DNA from: Lingula anatina | Lineage: Eukaryota; Animalia; Brachiopoda | Assembly: GCA_051362555.1 (NCBI GenBank) | Contig: CM120643.1 | Location: 27,780,848 to 27,844,847 of the forward strand | DNA length: 64,000 bases | Direction of reading: 5' to 3' | Shown: one piece after another, positions 53,055 through 64,000 of the stretch | Position numbering within the stretch: the stretch's first letter is position 1 | How the letters are laid out: each line of letters opens with the position of its first letter | The notes under the pieces: generated by a model | Database searches by the model: none | What the model saw: the letters and a program-made list of their open reading frames with translations, nothing else | Told to the model about the DNA's origin: nothing | Made by a program: the position numbers and the translations under genes

Positions 53055-53885
53055 GTATGTACAATAGATGGTACAGTGGCCGCTGCAGCTTCTATCGGAC
53101 CGCGTGGAGCACCTGCTCGGTCACGTGCGGTACAGGGAAGTCCTGGCGTTCCTCCAACTACAACTTTGGCTGTGTGATGCAGAGGGAGAGCCGCACGTGT
53201 GTCATGCCAGCGTGTCCTGTACCCCAGGTAACAATATGGCCATGGTTGATGCTTGTTTTTCAGACGACACTTCCTAATAAAATTTTTCATTAAAATGATA
53301 AAATGATTTTATTAATTAAACTTTCATTCAGACGGATGGGTTTCGTGGCGGAAATTTTTTGTTCGTTTTCAAAATTGTTATATGTAAAAGATGTATTATA
53401 TTAAGTTTTTTTTTTCAACTCTCAGTTTTTGTTTTCTGATTTCATTCACGTGCTGTGTTAATTAAAAAACAAAACTTATGTTGTTATTGCTGTAGAAACA
53501 GTCTTGTTCGACTAAATCTTGGCACACTTTGACTGAATATTTGATGGAAATAATGACCAACAACTAGAAATAATGACCAATAATTAGCTAAAAAATCCAT
53601 TTTAACAATCCTAAAAACAAAACCATTTGCTCATTCTTTCTTGACCCCACATTTCAGACCTATTATTACGGCGCATGCGGTACCTCCATGTTTGGCTACC
53701 AGACGATAGCTCTGGACGGTTGCCCTAACGTCCGCTACGTGGGTATGAGAACGTGCAACCAGTGCGCTAACACCATGTGCTGCGTCCCTGTCAGTCGCCT
53801 GGCCCCGCTCAGGTATATGTGTGACGACGGTACCCTGAAGACCAAGATGGTGTCCCTGAGGCAGTACTGTCAGTGTTGGTGCTAA
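53055..53885 (+). CDS. CCN-type TSP1 exon (53055-53227) plus C-terminal cystine-knot exon (53658-53885)
   Basis: CSFYRTAWSTCSVTCGTGKSWRSSN.N.GC..QRESRTC...AC follows the CCN TSP1 pattern; C...GC...TCNQC...CCVP...YMCDDG...YCQC follows the CCN CT pattern. GT-AG boundaries, a phase-1 entry and no own signal-peptide exon seen. Confidence 0.8.
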
Positions 53886-54931
53886 TTTTAGCTGTGATCT
53901 GCAGGGTTTATGATATGAGTGGACTTGAATATAGTGATTTAACTTATCAGTGGGCAATCAATCTGCTGAATATTTGAAAGTGGAGGGATTTCAGATTGAA
54001 AAGGAGACGTATGCACGCAAGACTATTAACTTTGAAAAAAAAGTGGTCTTACTCACATACACGACAACCTCGTACGTTACATTTTCGGGACATTTCTCGA
54101 GCCAGGACTGTCGTTAATTCTGAAAACTTAAAACATTCAAACTGATCATCTGCTTTACAGAATCGTCAGTGGAAAGTTGTGAGGTTTATTGTTTTAGTAA
54201 GACTGAGTCAATATAAATTGTATTAATGTTTCGTTAACGTTGGTGCTACTTGTTATTTTCTTGCAAGAGAGGGTGCTATGGAATTATGAGCCTCAGATCA
54301 AAAAGCGTGTTTTTCAAAATGCCGTATTTTAAAACAATATATTTACAAGTTTTTGTATCTAGTCAGCTTTAATCCACCGGTTCCATTTTTTCATCATCAT
54401 TTTTGTACATTTCATTGTCATTTTTGGTAACTAGTAGCTTTAGTAATTGTTAAAGTTTAAACGAATTTTACAAACAAATGTGGCTTTTTAGTATTTTTCT
54501 ACTAATTTTATTTTTTATCTAAATATAAGCAGACTTATGTCTAGTCAGGTAGAAAACATTTTCAATGTTCATAAAAAGTTATGAATATGATAAATAAATA
54601 TTATACCTTTAAATGGCATTTGTTTTTAAAAGGGATTCTTCTCATAGGCCTTGGTCTCAAACCATCAGACCGGTACAGAAATGGAAGTTCTAGCAATGAA
54701 AGTCTGGGTCCCAAAAAACATGACTTTCGGCTAATTTAGTAAAATTGGGAGAAACATTAACATTGACAGATTTCATTGCTTGATTTCAAAAATAAGTCAA
54801 GCATGCAATATCTTTAAGAAAAAAGGCGAATCATTTCATTGTACATTGTTTTTAAGCGGATTAAAACTATTATTCCGCAGCTTATTCGCAAAATCTTCGA
54901 CTGATCAATTTCCTTTTTGTCTAAAGTTTTA

Positions 54932-54975
<44 letters not shown>

Positions 54976-55343
54976 AAAAGTTAGACCGAGACAATGAACT
55001 CGCCCAATAAAATAATAAAAAGAAAACAGTAGTTCTGTAATTTTGACAATCTCTCCAACCATGTTTACAATTAATTGAAATTTTCTTGCTAGGTTAAAGA
55101 AAGCAACACAAGTCTATGTATTCAACAAAGTATTTTATATCTTTCCCAAGCAGATGTCGATAACAGCTTTAATGCAGGAGTAAAAATTGTTTAAAAAATA
55201 CAGAATATTGTATCCTCTTACTTAATGGAAGTAACACAAAGTTAGAAATATGTACTAATCATTAACATTAAATATATTCTTCTTCAAATATCCCCCTTCA
55301 TCATTCTGGGCCAAATACCTTAATATTGATATACTTAATAAGT

Positions 55344-57344
55344 CTAGTTAGCCGTCTTTTTCCTCTTGAAATACGTCGGGGCCGCCTCGTACAGCCACTG
55401 TGGGTCCACCACGCTCAAGTTCCTCATATAACACTTACTGGTCTGTACCAGCTCATTGTAAATGACACAGCCCGGCTTCCGCATGAACAGTGAAGAAGAT
55501 GGGTGAATGACCACCGTTTTCTTAGACGCCACGGTCTTATATACTCCTTCGTGCTGCAACTCCGCAGCGTTTGTGAAAAATCCGTGACAAAGACACTTGC
55601 GTATGACCCCCGTGTTTTGTCCGCATGATTTGAACGGGAGTTGAAGGTGCACACATATCTCGCGCAGCTGTTTGCGTATCTGAGACGCCGTCTGCGTGTT
55701 GCGGGCGTTGATGAAGTTTTCCTGACACCACTGTTTGTCGCCCTTGACGCCTTTGTACGCCCTGTAAACATTCAACAGCGTCAAGTGATCCCCCTCGCTG
55801 GAAATAAACTTCTGTCTGGCCGCGTGCGCAGTGTCGCGTTTATTATAAGGCGTGTGGAACACGGACTCCACCGACAACAGTGAAACAACAGTCAACATTT
55901 CCTCGAGACAATCGAACTCCTTCGCTGCCAGCAGCACGCGAGATAGGCGAGGGTCAAGGGGGAAAGCAGCAAGTTGTCGACCTAACAGAGTTAGCTGGAC
56001 TTTTTCTTGTTTCTCCACGGCGCCAAGAAGAACCAGTTGGTCCAGAGCCGCCAAGATGGCCTCCGGTCGCGGCTTGTCCATGAAATCAAAATGGACGATA
56101 TCGGAGATTCCTAACGCCAGAAGCTGCAGTATCACACTGGAGAGATTACAGCGCTGTATTTCAGGGATTGTGTTTGTGGAGAACTGCTCGAATTCCTCCT
56201 CTGTGTACAATCGATAGCACGTGCCCGGGGCCTCGCGCCCTGCTCTCCCCGTACGCTGCCATGCTTGAGATTTGGAAACCCAGCAAACTTTCAGCATATC
56301 CAAGCCGCTATTAGGGTTAAAGATCTTGGCTTTCACCATGCCTGTGTCAACAACAAATTTTATGTTTGGAATGGTTACTGAGGTTTCTGCGATGTTTGTC
56401 GCGACGATGACCTTGCGAACGCCCCCTGGTGTCGGCTGAAAGATTCTCATCTGTTGCCCAGTTGGAAGAGCTGCATACATTGGGCAGACGATCATGGGTG
56501 CGTATTGCTTGGTTACGTCCTTAACGATATCCCTGAGCGTGTGAACTGCAGACTCGATCTCCTCTTGGCCTGTCAGAAATACCAGGATGTCCTGTCCCAG
56601 TGGCGCCTCCTGGTGGATTTGCATGACGGCCACCAGAGCTGAAAAGAGGTAGTCACTTTGGGACTGAACTGAGTAGTTTACCTGAATGGGATACTGGCGT
56701 CCTTCAAGATAAAATACTGGGGCGCAATCGAAGTACTGAGAAAATTGATCAACATCCATGGTGGCAGACATGACTAATATTTTCAATTGTGGAAGTCCTT
56801 TCGCTCGGCGACGTTTCTGAGCCCCCTTCACAACACCAAAGAGCACGTCTGTGTGGACCGTCCTTTCATGAGCTTCGTCTAATATGACAAAGGAGTAACG
56901 CTTCAGTAATGGATCGAGTGTTGACTCACGTAATAACATTCCATCTGTCATAAAGCGTATTTTTGTTCCCTGACAACTGACATCTTCAAATCGTACACAA
57001 TATCCAACTGTCTGACCCAACTCTGTACCCATTTCTTTCGATACACGCTCAGCAATACTAATGGCAGCCACTCGTCGCGGCTGTGTTATTGCAATGGTGT
57101 GGTTGCGGTGCATCCCTGCCTTGTACAGAAACTGTGGGATTTGGGTTGTCTTGCCACAACCAGTCTCTCCAATGATAATAGCAGTGCTGACTTGTTGCAC
57201 ATTTTGCAGCAGTTTCCCCTTGGCAGGAAAAATGGGCAGTTTCTTTCTCTCTTCCAGCAGCTCGTCTCGTGTTGGCTCCACTGAGGTCAGCTTGACCCTC
57301 TTGGCTGGCTTTGGAGACCCCAGCACACCCTTGGTACTCATCAT
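55344..57344 (-). CDS. DHX33: ATP-dependent DEAH-box RNA helicase DHX33
   Basis: GETGCGKTTQIPQ, TQPRRVAA, DEAHERTVHTDVLFGVVK.AQKRR, MSATMDVD.FSQYF, QRTGRAGR, HA2 and OB regions. CDS in one exon; upstream exon donor at ~58207. Confidence 0.92.
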   Translation of the reverse strand: MMSTKGVLGSPKPAKRVKLTSVEPTRDELLEERKKLPIFPAKGKLLQNVQQVSTAIIIGETGCGKTTQIPQFLYKAGMHRNHTIAITQPRRVAAISIAERVSKEMGTELGQTVGYCVRFEDVSCQGTKIRFMTDGMLLRESTLDPLLKRYSFVILDEAHERTVHTDVLFGVVKGAQKRRRAKGLPQLKILVMSATMDVDQFSQYFDCAPVFYLEGRQYPIQVNYSVQSQSDYLFSALVAVMQIHQEAPLGQDILVFLTGQEEIESAVHTLRDIVKDVTKQYAPMIVCPMYAALPTGQQMRIFQPTPGGVRKVIVATNIAETSVTIPNIKFVVDTGMVKAKIFNPNSGLDMLKVCWVSKSQAWQRTGRAGREAPGTCYRLYTEEEFEQFSTNTIPEIQRCNLSSVILQLLALGISDIVHFDFMDKPRPEAILAALDQLVLLGAVEKQEKVQLTLLGRQLAAFPLDPRLSRVLLAAKEFDCLEEMLTVVSLLSVESVFHTPYNKRDTAHAARQKFISSEGDHLTLLNVYRAYKGVKGDKQWCQENFINARNTQTASQIRKQLREICVHLQLPFKSCGQNTGVIRKCLCHGFFTNAAELQHEGVYKTVASKKTVVIHPSSSLFMRKPGCVIYNELVQTSKCYMRNLSVVDPQWLYEAAPTYFKRKKTAN

Positions 57345-57631
57345 TCTGGTTTCCCTAAATAAGAAAGCCACAATTAACATGCATGCATAACCACTATCAT
57401 ATCAAATCAGGTATATATGTGTCAAGGAAGGGTTGACTCACAGGTGAAGGACAAGACAGCATTAATTAAGGTCAAGATTTGTTGATTATGCACTAAGAAT
57501 TAAACCAGTACTCCGTGATTTTCTTCAATCAACAGAAGATGCAACCACATTCTCTCTGTTATCATTTAGTTGGCCTACATATTAGTATGCAATATGCTGT
57601 TTTCCAGTTTAACATCCCATCTTATGCTTAT

Positions 57632-57801
57632 CAGGGGCGGATCCAGAGATGTTTTCTGACAGTCTTCCATATTATATTTGTTGATCCATTCTCAATTTTT
57701 TGACCGTCTTCCGACAGAAAAAAATTATATACCCGTCAATGTAAACTTGAAAATCTGACCGTCTTCCGGAAGACCCAGAAGACGGCCTAAATCCGCCCCT
57801 G
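57632..57801. mobile_element. 170-bp MITE in DHX33 intron 1, 5-bp TSD
   Basis: cttat|caggggcggat ... atccgcccctg|cttat; inverted copy of 4827-4994. Confidence 0.85.
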
Positions 57802-57813
57802 CTTATTATATAC

Positions 57814-57852
<39 letters not shown>

Positions 57853-58207
57853 TCCCAAACATTTTATGCTTGTGGACGTTTGTGGTCGTTAATTAGACTC
57901 GATTTATTCAGCCCCTAACGCTCCTGTATGAACTTTACATATACTCTGGCGTTTCGGCAAGCTCAATTAACTATGAAAATCATATAGAGGAGTATTAGGA
58001 TATCTAAATGATATCAAAATCAATTAATATATATATAGGTGCAATGATGTGAGTCCTACGTTTTAGTTCGTACACAAATGGCGAGTATTTGCTTTTTATT
58101 TACTTTCTTATCTCTTAGCCTGAACAGACCGAATATTTAAATCATACCAACGAAGCAAATGTGTATAATATATACCCATTAAGAGCCCACACGTGTTAAA
58201 AACTCAC

Positions 58208-58520
58208 CTTTACGAACGCTCCCCATGTGCCTCCGCTTCATGTTGCTGCCGGAAGTTGATGTGGCGATTGTAGCGCACCTAGCGTCCTAGGGCATATACT
58301 ATGCAGTTTTATGCCTTCGCATTTTGCAGCTATCCTATACTAAGAACATGCCATTCCTTCCAAACGACATTATTCTTATAGCATTCTTTAAATTTCTATC
58401 AGAAATGTCTTTGAAATTTACATGTGTGTGCTCACTGTGTACTGGGCACAGGGAGCGAATGACGTCACGAGAGCCAATTTTGAGAAAATACAAGCTTGGG
58501 CCCTGGATAGGATAAAGTTT
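58208..58520. promoter_or_regulatory. Probable bidirectional promoter for DHX33 (-) and ZNF paralog D (+)
   Basis: DHX33 first exon at ~58208-58260, ETS-type CCGGAAGT at 58249 and a TGACGTCA palindrome at 58460. Confidence 0.45.
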
Positions 58521-59151
58521 ATTGATAGCTGTATTAATTGTAAGGTACAGATAATTAAATATTAAGACGTACATACACATTTAAATAAAATAAAACACCA
58601 CAAAAATAACCAAATCACTACATAATAATAGAGAGTGAACTTACAACTTTTAAGATAAGGTGTTAGCCCGCACAAGGGGGCACATGACAATAGGAGGCGC
58701 TGCATGAATTATTGATGGCTTTGTGTCTACGCTTGCAAATAATTCCAAGCTCTGCTTTATTCGTTCCAAATCTTTTTGGTTGGATGTTGGATACGACAGG
58801 TTACTAAAAATCTATAATTTATGGATTGCATCTTCTGTAGGACGTGATTACTTTCATAATGTTAATGTATGGACTGGAGGTCGTCGGGAATGCCTCCGTT
58901 TAGCTGAACTGCAGACATTTGTTAAAGGGTCTCTTATTTGTCATCTAAGAGAAGATCCAAAGGTTTTGTGTTCCAAGCTTTCAAAATTTTCACCAAAACG
59001 GATGTGTTCTACATGTAAAAGATCACGCTGATGCATCATCTGTTCCAATAGCATTATGATACAGCAGTTGACCATGGTAAAATCAGAAAAACATTACTTG
59101 TCAGACTAGTGCAATTATGTGAAATAATAATAAGAAAAAAGTGAGAACACC

Positions 59152-59757
59152 ATGAACGAAAACAAATGCCAGTACTGTAATAAAACATTTACTAGAAAAG
59201 GATCTTGCTACGAACATGAAAGAATTCATACAGGATGGAAACCATACAAATGCCAGTTCTGGTTCTGTAATAAGAAGTTTACGAAAAGATATAATTGCAT
59301 TGTTCATGAAAGAACTCACACTGGAGAGAAACCGTTCAAATGCCAGCACTGCGTTAAGACATTTACTCGTAAAGAGGCGTGCATTCACCATGAAAAAAGT
59401 CACACTGAGGAGAAACCATACAAATGCCAGTACTGTAACAAGACATTTAATATAAAAAATGATTGTGTTGATCATGAAATTATTCACAAAAAAGATAAAC
59501 CGTACAAGTGCAAGTTTTGTTACAAGATGTTTGTCAGCAGAAATGAATGTGATCAGCATGAAAAAGATCACACTGATGCATCATCTGTTTTGATAGCACA
59601 TGGTCAGAATGACATAGAAGTTGATCATGGTAATATTTTAGTCTGTCAGAATAGTGCTGGAATATCACCTCTCATGGTTAAAGGTGAAAATGAAGATTAT
59701 GGCCATGCAGTGGAACGACCATATCCTGTTGCTTTGTTTAAAAATGTATTTGCTTAG
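59152..59757 (+). CDS. C2H2 zinc-finger protein, paralog D (5 fingers)
   Basis: ATG-initiated ORF with five fingers, ending ERPYPVALFKNVFA. Confidence 0.82.
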   Translation: MNENKCQYCNKTFTRKGSCYEHERIHTGWKPYKCQFWFCNKKFTKRYNCIVHERTHTGEKPFKCQHCVKTFTRKEACIHHEKSHTEEKPYKCQYCNKTFNIKNDCVDHEIIHKKDKPYKCKFCYKMFVSRNECDQHEKDHTDASSVLIAHGQNDIEVDHGNILVCQNSAGISPLMVKGENEDYGHAVERPYPVALFKNVFA

Positions 59758-60923
59758 TGTTTTAACCAAGTTTTAAAAATGTTTTAAAATGTGTATTATG
59801 ATATTATATTATTATGATATTATATGATATGGCAATTGGAAGGTAAAAGTGTATTGTATATGTTAGTGTATGGTACCGTAAAACGTAGTTAATTTGAAAT
59901 AGCACAACTCCTAATCTGTATGGAAAAAATGGACACCACTTTCACTGAACATTGCATTTGACAAGCTTTACAAAATGCTACAAACAAGAGGTCTGAATGG
60001 TTCCAAAATTAGTTTTCAGTTTCGTAATCTTATGACTGCTTCTCCCATATGAAAGTGCACCAAGTGACCCCAAACTCACTTGGATGAAAGGAGACCCTAA
60101 GTGTAACCCCTCACCATAAAATAAGGCAAAGGTCTGTGTAGTGCCTGAATATTGCCACAAACATTTTTTAGTAAGAAATGAACATTTTTACAAAACTGTG
60201 ACCCATTTGATTTTGAAATAAAGGTAAAAAGTCAAATTCAAGGTCACAGTTGAAATCTCAACATAGAATTTTAGAAAAGACTTCCATAGAAACTTTTTCC
60301 ATAACTCCTTTGGTTTGGGAGATATTAACATTAAATTTTCAAAAAGTTTGACAAGGATGCATTGCGAAAAGTGTCACTAGTGCAATTTTAATCAGGTGGC
60401 ATGACAGACATGTTTTTTGTCATAATATAGTAGAAAAGTTTTGAAACAATGAGGACACAAAATAAAACAGAAAATATATACTGAAACTATCTTGTGACTT
60501 TATTTCCTTCCATTATGTACATAAGTGTATCATAGATGCATTCTGGGAATTTTAGAATGTGATGAATAATTTACTGTCAAAGAATTAAGATTTTTAATTA
60601 ATCATAATGATCATTCACTCAGATGTTACAATATTGATTATTATATAGTTAATGACGGATAAAAGTAATCATATAAATCAAAATGATAAAAAAGAATTTA
60701 AACTTAAATGCAAAACATCAATCAAAATTAACAGTAAAATCATAGCAAAATTACTTTACAAGCACTTGGAGCTCAATTTCCTCGATCACTTGTGATTTTG
60801 AATTGCACTTCGGTGATGGATCAGTACTTGTGCTATTTACATAGGATTCCTTGAAACTGATTTAATTTTATTGAATGAAACTGAATTGTAAAAAATAATA
60901 TTATTTAAGGCAGGTCATTTACT

Positions 60924-61107
60924 TCTCCCAGTCTCTTGGGTGCAGCAGGCCTGGCATCTACATGTAGTGTTATTTTTAAGTCTGGCATTCTCCCAGTCTC
61001 TGGAGTACTGCAGGCCTGGCATCCAGTATTATTTTTATGAAGTCTATCATTCTCCCAGTCTCTGGAGTACTGCAGGCCTGGCATCCAGTATTATTTTTAT
61101 GAAGTCT
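60924..61107. repeat. Three ~61-65 bp tandem copies of the TRIM-like ORF 3' end
   Basis: tctcccagtctctggagtactgcaggcctggcatc recurs at ~60924 (diverged), ~60989 and ~61051. Confidence 0.85.
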
Positions 61108-61766
61108 CTCACATCTTGACTGTTATGGACCACCTCAGCATCACAACTCTCCAGAAGGTCTTCCACAGTTAAAGCTGCAATGTCCAGAGAGTTCACATAG
61201 CTTTTAATTCTATCCTTTATTTGAGTAAGTAGAAGGACATTTTCCCTTAGAAATGGCAACATGACCCCAAACACTCTTCTCCGTGACCTTGCCTCTTGAG
61301 TGATGATGACACAATTGTCACATTTTTCATGAATTGTGATAACGCATTTTTTACATAACAAAGTTTTCTTATTTTTGCAGAAATAATGGAGTTCTTGGTC
61401 CGGATGACTGGGGCACTTCATTCCAACTGTACTCCAAATTGACGGAATTCCCTGTAATTTATCATGAAATTGATTCAATGCAGTTTTTGTTTTAAATTCT
61501 TTTTCAGCTTTACTTTGAGGATGTTGCTCCAGTTTTTGTACGTTTTCTGCTGGAAAATGATAACTCTGTGAACAGCCCTCCTTGGCAGCTTGGCAGACAT
61601 AACAGGGATTCACACCACCTTGTTCCGCCCAGGTTAACACACACTCTAAACAGAAAGAGTGACCGCAGGGAAGGACGCGAGGGTCACTCAGGTCATCTTG
61701 ACATAGTGGACACCTCTGTGATGCAGCCTCCATTTTGTCCTCTACCTTGCTGCTGATGGTGGCCAT
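61047..61766 (-). CDS. TRIM-like RING + B-box protein with a short coiled coil (possibly truncated)
   Basis: RING CPLC...LPCGHSFCLEC...CYVC and B-box CPSHPDQELHYFC...LLCKKC...HEKC. First ATG at 61766; no C-terminal domain before the stop. Confidence 0.78.
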   Translation of the reverse strand: MATISSKVEDKMEAASQRCPLCQDDLSDPRVLPCGHSFCLECVLTWAEQGGVNPCYVCQAAKEGCSQSYHFPAENVQKLEQHPQSKAEKEFKTKTALNQFHDKLQGIPSIWSTVGMKCPSHPDQELHYFCKNKKTLLCKKCVITIHEKCDNCVIITQEARSRRRVFGVMLPFLRENVLLLTQIKDRIKSYVNSLDIAALTVEDLLESCDAEVVHNSQDVRDFIKIILDARPAVLQRLGE

Positions 61767-63363
61767 AAAGAACTTCAAGTGGGCCAAGCACGGTATATTC
61801 TAGGCCTTCACACAAAAAAGTGAAAAGGGTGAAAATATCATAAAGAATTCCATCTTGTATTGTTTCATCAGGGTCTTAATTTGTACAGTATCAGGTTTAT
61901 TATTTGTAATAGTTAAACTAAATGTTAAATATATACCACTGCGTGTCTGTATTTCAAAGAAGAGATTGTCTAATTACACTTAATTTCTGAAACCTTTTCT
62001 TCAGTATTTTTGTCATCAGTGTAGTGGTATGCTGGCATTTTCTGTATCAATATCTATTTTTCTGTGTATCAAAAATGAGAAGAAACAAAAGCATGCAGAT
62101 AAGAACCTGCAAATACATTAGATAACTTACACTAGGTTTATATCTTCACTGTCCTCCTAGCTCTTATCATTTCCAAATAAACTTTCTTTCACTTAACTTT
62201 TGCCAAGAATAGCCTGGGTTGTAGTATTCATCTCTAAGGTGACTTTGCCAAAATACCTTGTGGCTCTTTTACTAAGCTTTTGTTGAATTTAGTTTGACAT
62301 TTTTGTGGCTTACCTGGTTACTGTAAAATAAATTCCTCACATAGTGATATATTATGTGTATTGTACTCTGATTGTCATGTATATCACAGTATGGCAAAAT
62401 TTGTGACATAATTATGTAGTCAAGTTTCAATACCAAACATCAGTCCCCCACACACAGTGACACATGGAGAGAGAAACCCTTTCCCAAGGAATGAAATTTT
62501 TACTTTGATCATTATGATTTAAAACTAAATCAGTAATATGTCAAATGAATGAGAAAAAACAAGGAGACATTACCAACAGTATGAATGTACCATACCCAAG
62601 TGATGAGAAAGGTGAAATTTTGTCGTTTTTAAAATATAATTTTTTGGGAAGTTACCTTATTCTCAAATTCATATTGTTCAGTACAATTGCGTCTTTCTCT
62701 CTCTTTTTTTTTCTATGACAAAATTCAACACAAATATGAAAAACCTGGATGGCACAAAGGAGGGGTGGGGGGCAAAAATTAGCGCAAAAGAAATCTGGAT
62801 GAAGATCCATTCTTCTGAAGGAGGGGCACAATTTCCTTTCTTTTGTGTTGTAAATGTTATTTTTAAATTCATTGCAACATGTCCCTTTTAGTTAAAAGCA
62901 GGTGATGATGATGAACTAGTAGACTATAAATAGAATTATCATGAGCACCTTTAAACTTCCATTTTCTCTATTCACACTGAAGAATTCAATATTGATAACA
63001 TCACACAGAATACAATTGTGCATATTCTCTCCTTTACTAAAATATTCCCTTTTACAAAATGACCATTGAAGAGGTAACACAACCAATAGGAATAAGTCCT
63101 GAACTACAACATTTCTGACAAGATGGGCACTTCTGAGCACAAGGAATCACGATGATGAAACTTTTGAGCAACAAACAAATACCAACAATGATTTTAACTG
63201 TTACAAACAGTAAAAATGAATAAAAAGCAGTTTGAATTCACAAGAATATTTAACAAGTAAAATATTACCCTGGCACCACTACAGTAACACAAGTATGTTT
63301 TGATTGCTTTAACCTTTTTTTTTTCATGCAAAATATATATTCCAGATATTCAGTAGTTAAACC

Positions 63364-63406
<43 letters not shown>

Positions 63407-64000
63407 GGGGGGGGGGGGAGGGGGGGCAACACCAGTTTGACACCCTGATGTTTACACTTCAGCAGAGCTAAGTAGGGAAGTTACAATCTGAATCTGAAAT
63501 TCAGGATATGTGCACTTAGTACTGAAACTGGGGGTATTGTGCATTACAGCAATGATAAGACCATCAAAAATAGTTATATCTGGATGCCTGACTTATGTTT
63601 TAAGGACTTTTAGAGCACCAAAGTCAAATTTTTTTGCTCAAGGTAAGCTTCACATTAACCTTATACTACCTTCCAACCTTTTAGTATGGTAAGAAAATTA
63701 TATTTTTCACACCAGTCAGTTATGATAACATTGAAACAACCACTAAAACAATAATGTAAGTTAAAGTACACCAGGCTCTGAGGCTCAAGGTTAAGTCTGA
63801 GCCTAGCTTAGAATGTCCTTGCAACAAAGAAGGCAATATGCTTTCATTAATTAAAACTAACCTTATCTCTTAATATTTACCACGAATTGCCAGGGTTAAG
63901 TTCAATTTATCTCAAATGTTAAAATTAACTGACGTGCAAACCCATTTAGATCATTGCATTATTAGTAATAATAGTAGGTGTCAGAAAACCATATTGATTT

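Noticed and set aside
59960-60400. Possible degraded HINE-like repeat downstream of ZNF-D
   Set aside because: Only general resemblance; ends and hairpins cannot be defined.
1-64000. tRNA, rRNA or snoRNA genes
   Set aside because: No cloverleaf, rRNA-like or convincing box C/D or H/ACA structure recognised by eye; an Infernal/Rfam scan would be needed to exclude them.

Overview
AT-rich eukaryotic (invertebrate, probably lophotrochozoan/mollusc-like; inference) genomic window with spliceosomal introns. Host genes: an unidentified minus-strand gene (one coding exon visible) head-to-head with a 7-exon peroxisomal acyl-CoA thioesterase 8 (ACOT8, ends in SKL); four paralogous C2H2 zinc-finger genes with an unusual Cys at helix position +4 and a shared C-terminal module ending in (Y/F)PVALFKN(A/V)F; a CRTAC1/ASPIC-UnbV gene with a Gly/Ser/Tyr/Met/Pro repeat tail that appears to splice in frame onto CCN-type TSP1 and cystine-knot exons; DHX33; and a RING/B-box TRIM-like ORF. 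Repeats: clustered, mutually inverted Helentron-associated (HINE-like) elements carrying a 161-bp tandem array in ACOT8 intron 5; a minisatellite of 18 extra copies of the ACOT8 exon-6 splice donor; several MITEs with readable TIRs/TSDs; and a 10.7-kb, up-to-four-level nest of DNA transposons containing a PIF/Harbinger-superfamily (Pangu-like) element whose nuclease is dead while its partner gene is intact. Best candidates for novelty: the putative CRTAC1-CCN fusion with an alternative HEEL-ending isoform, and the zinc-finger family with its conserved C-terminal motif. All identifications are by eye from recalled family motifs; no searches were run.
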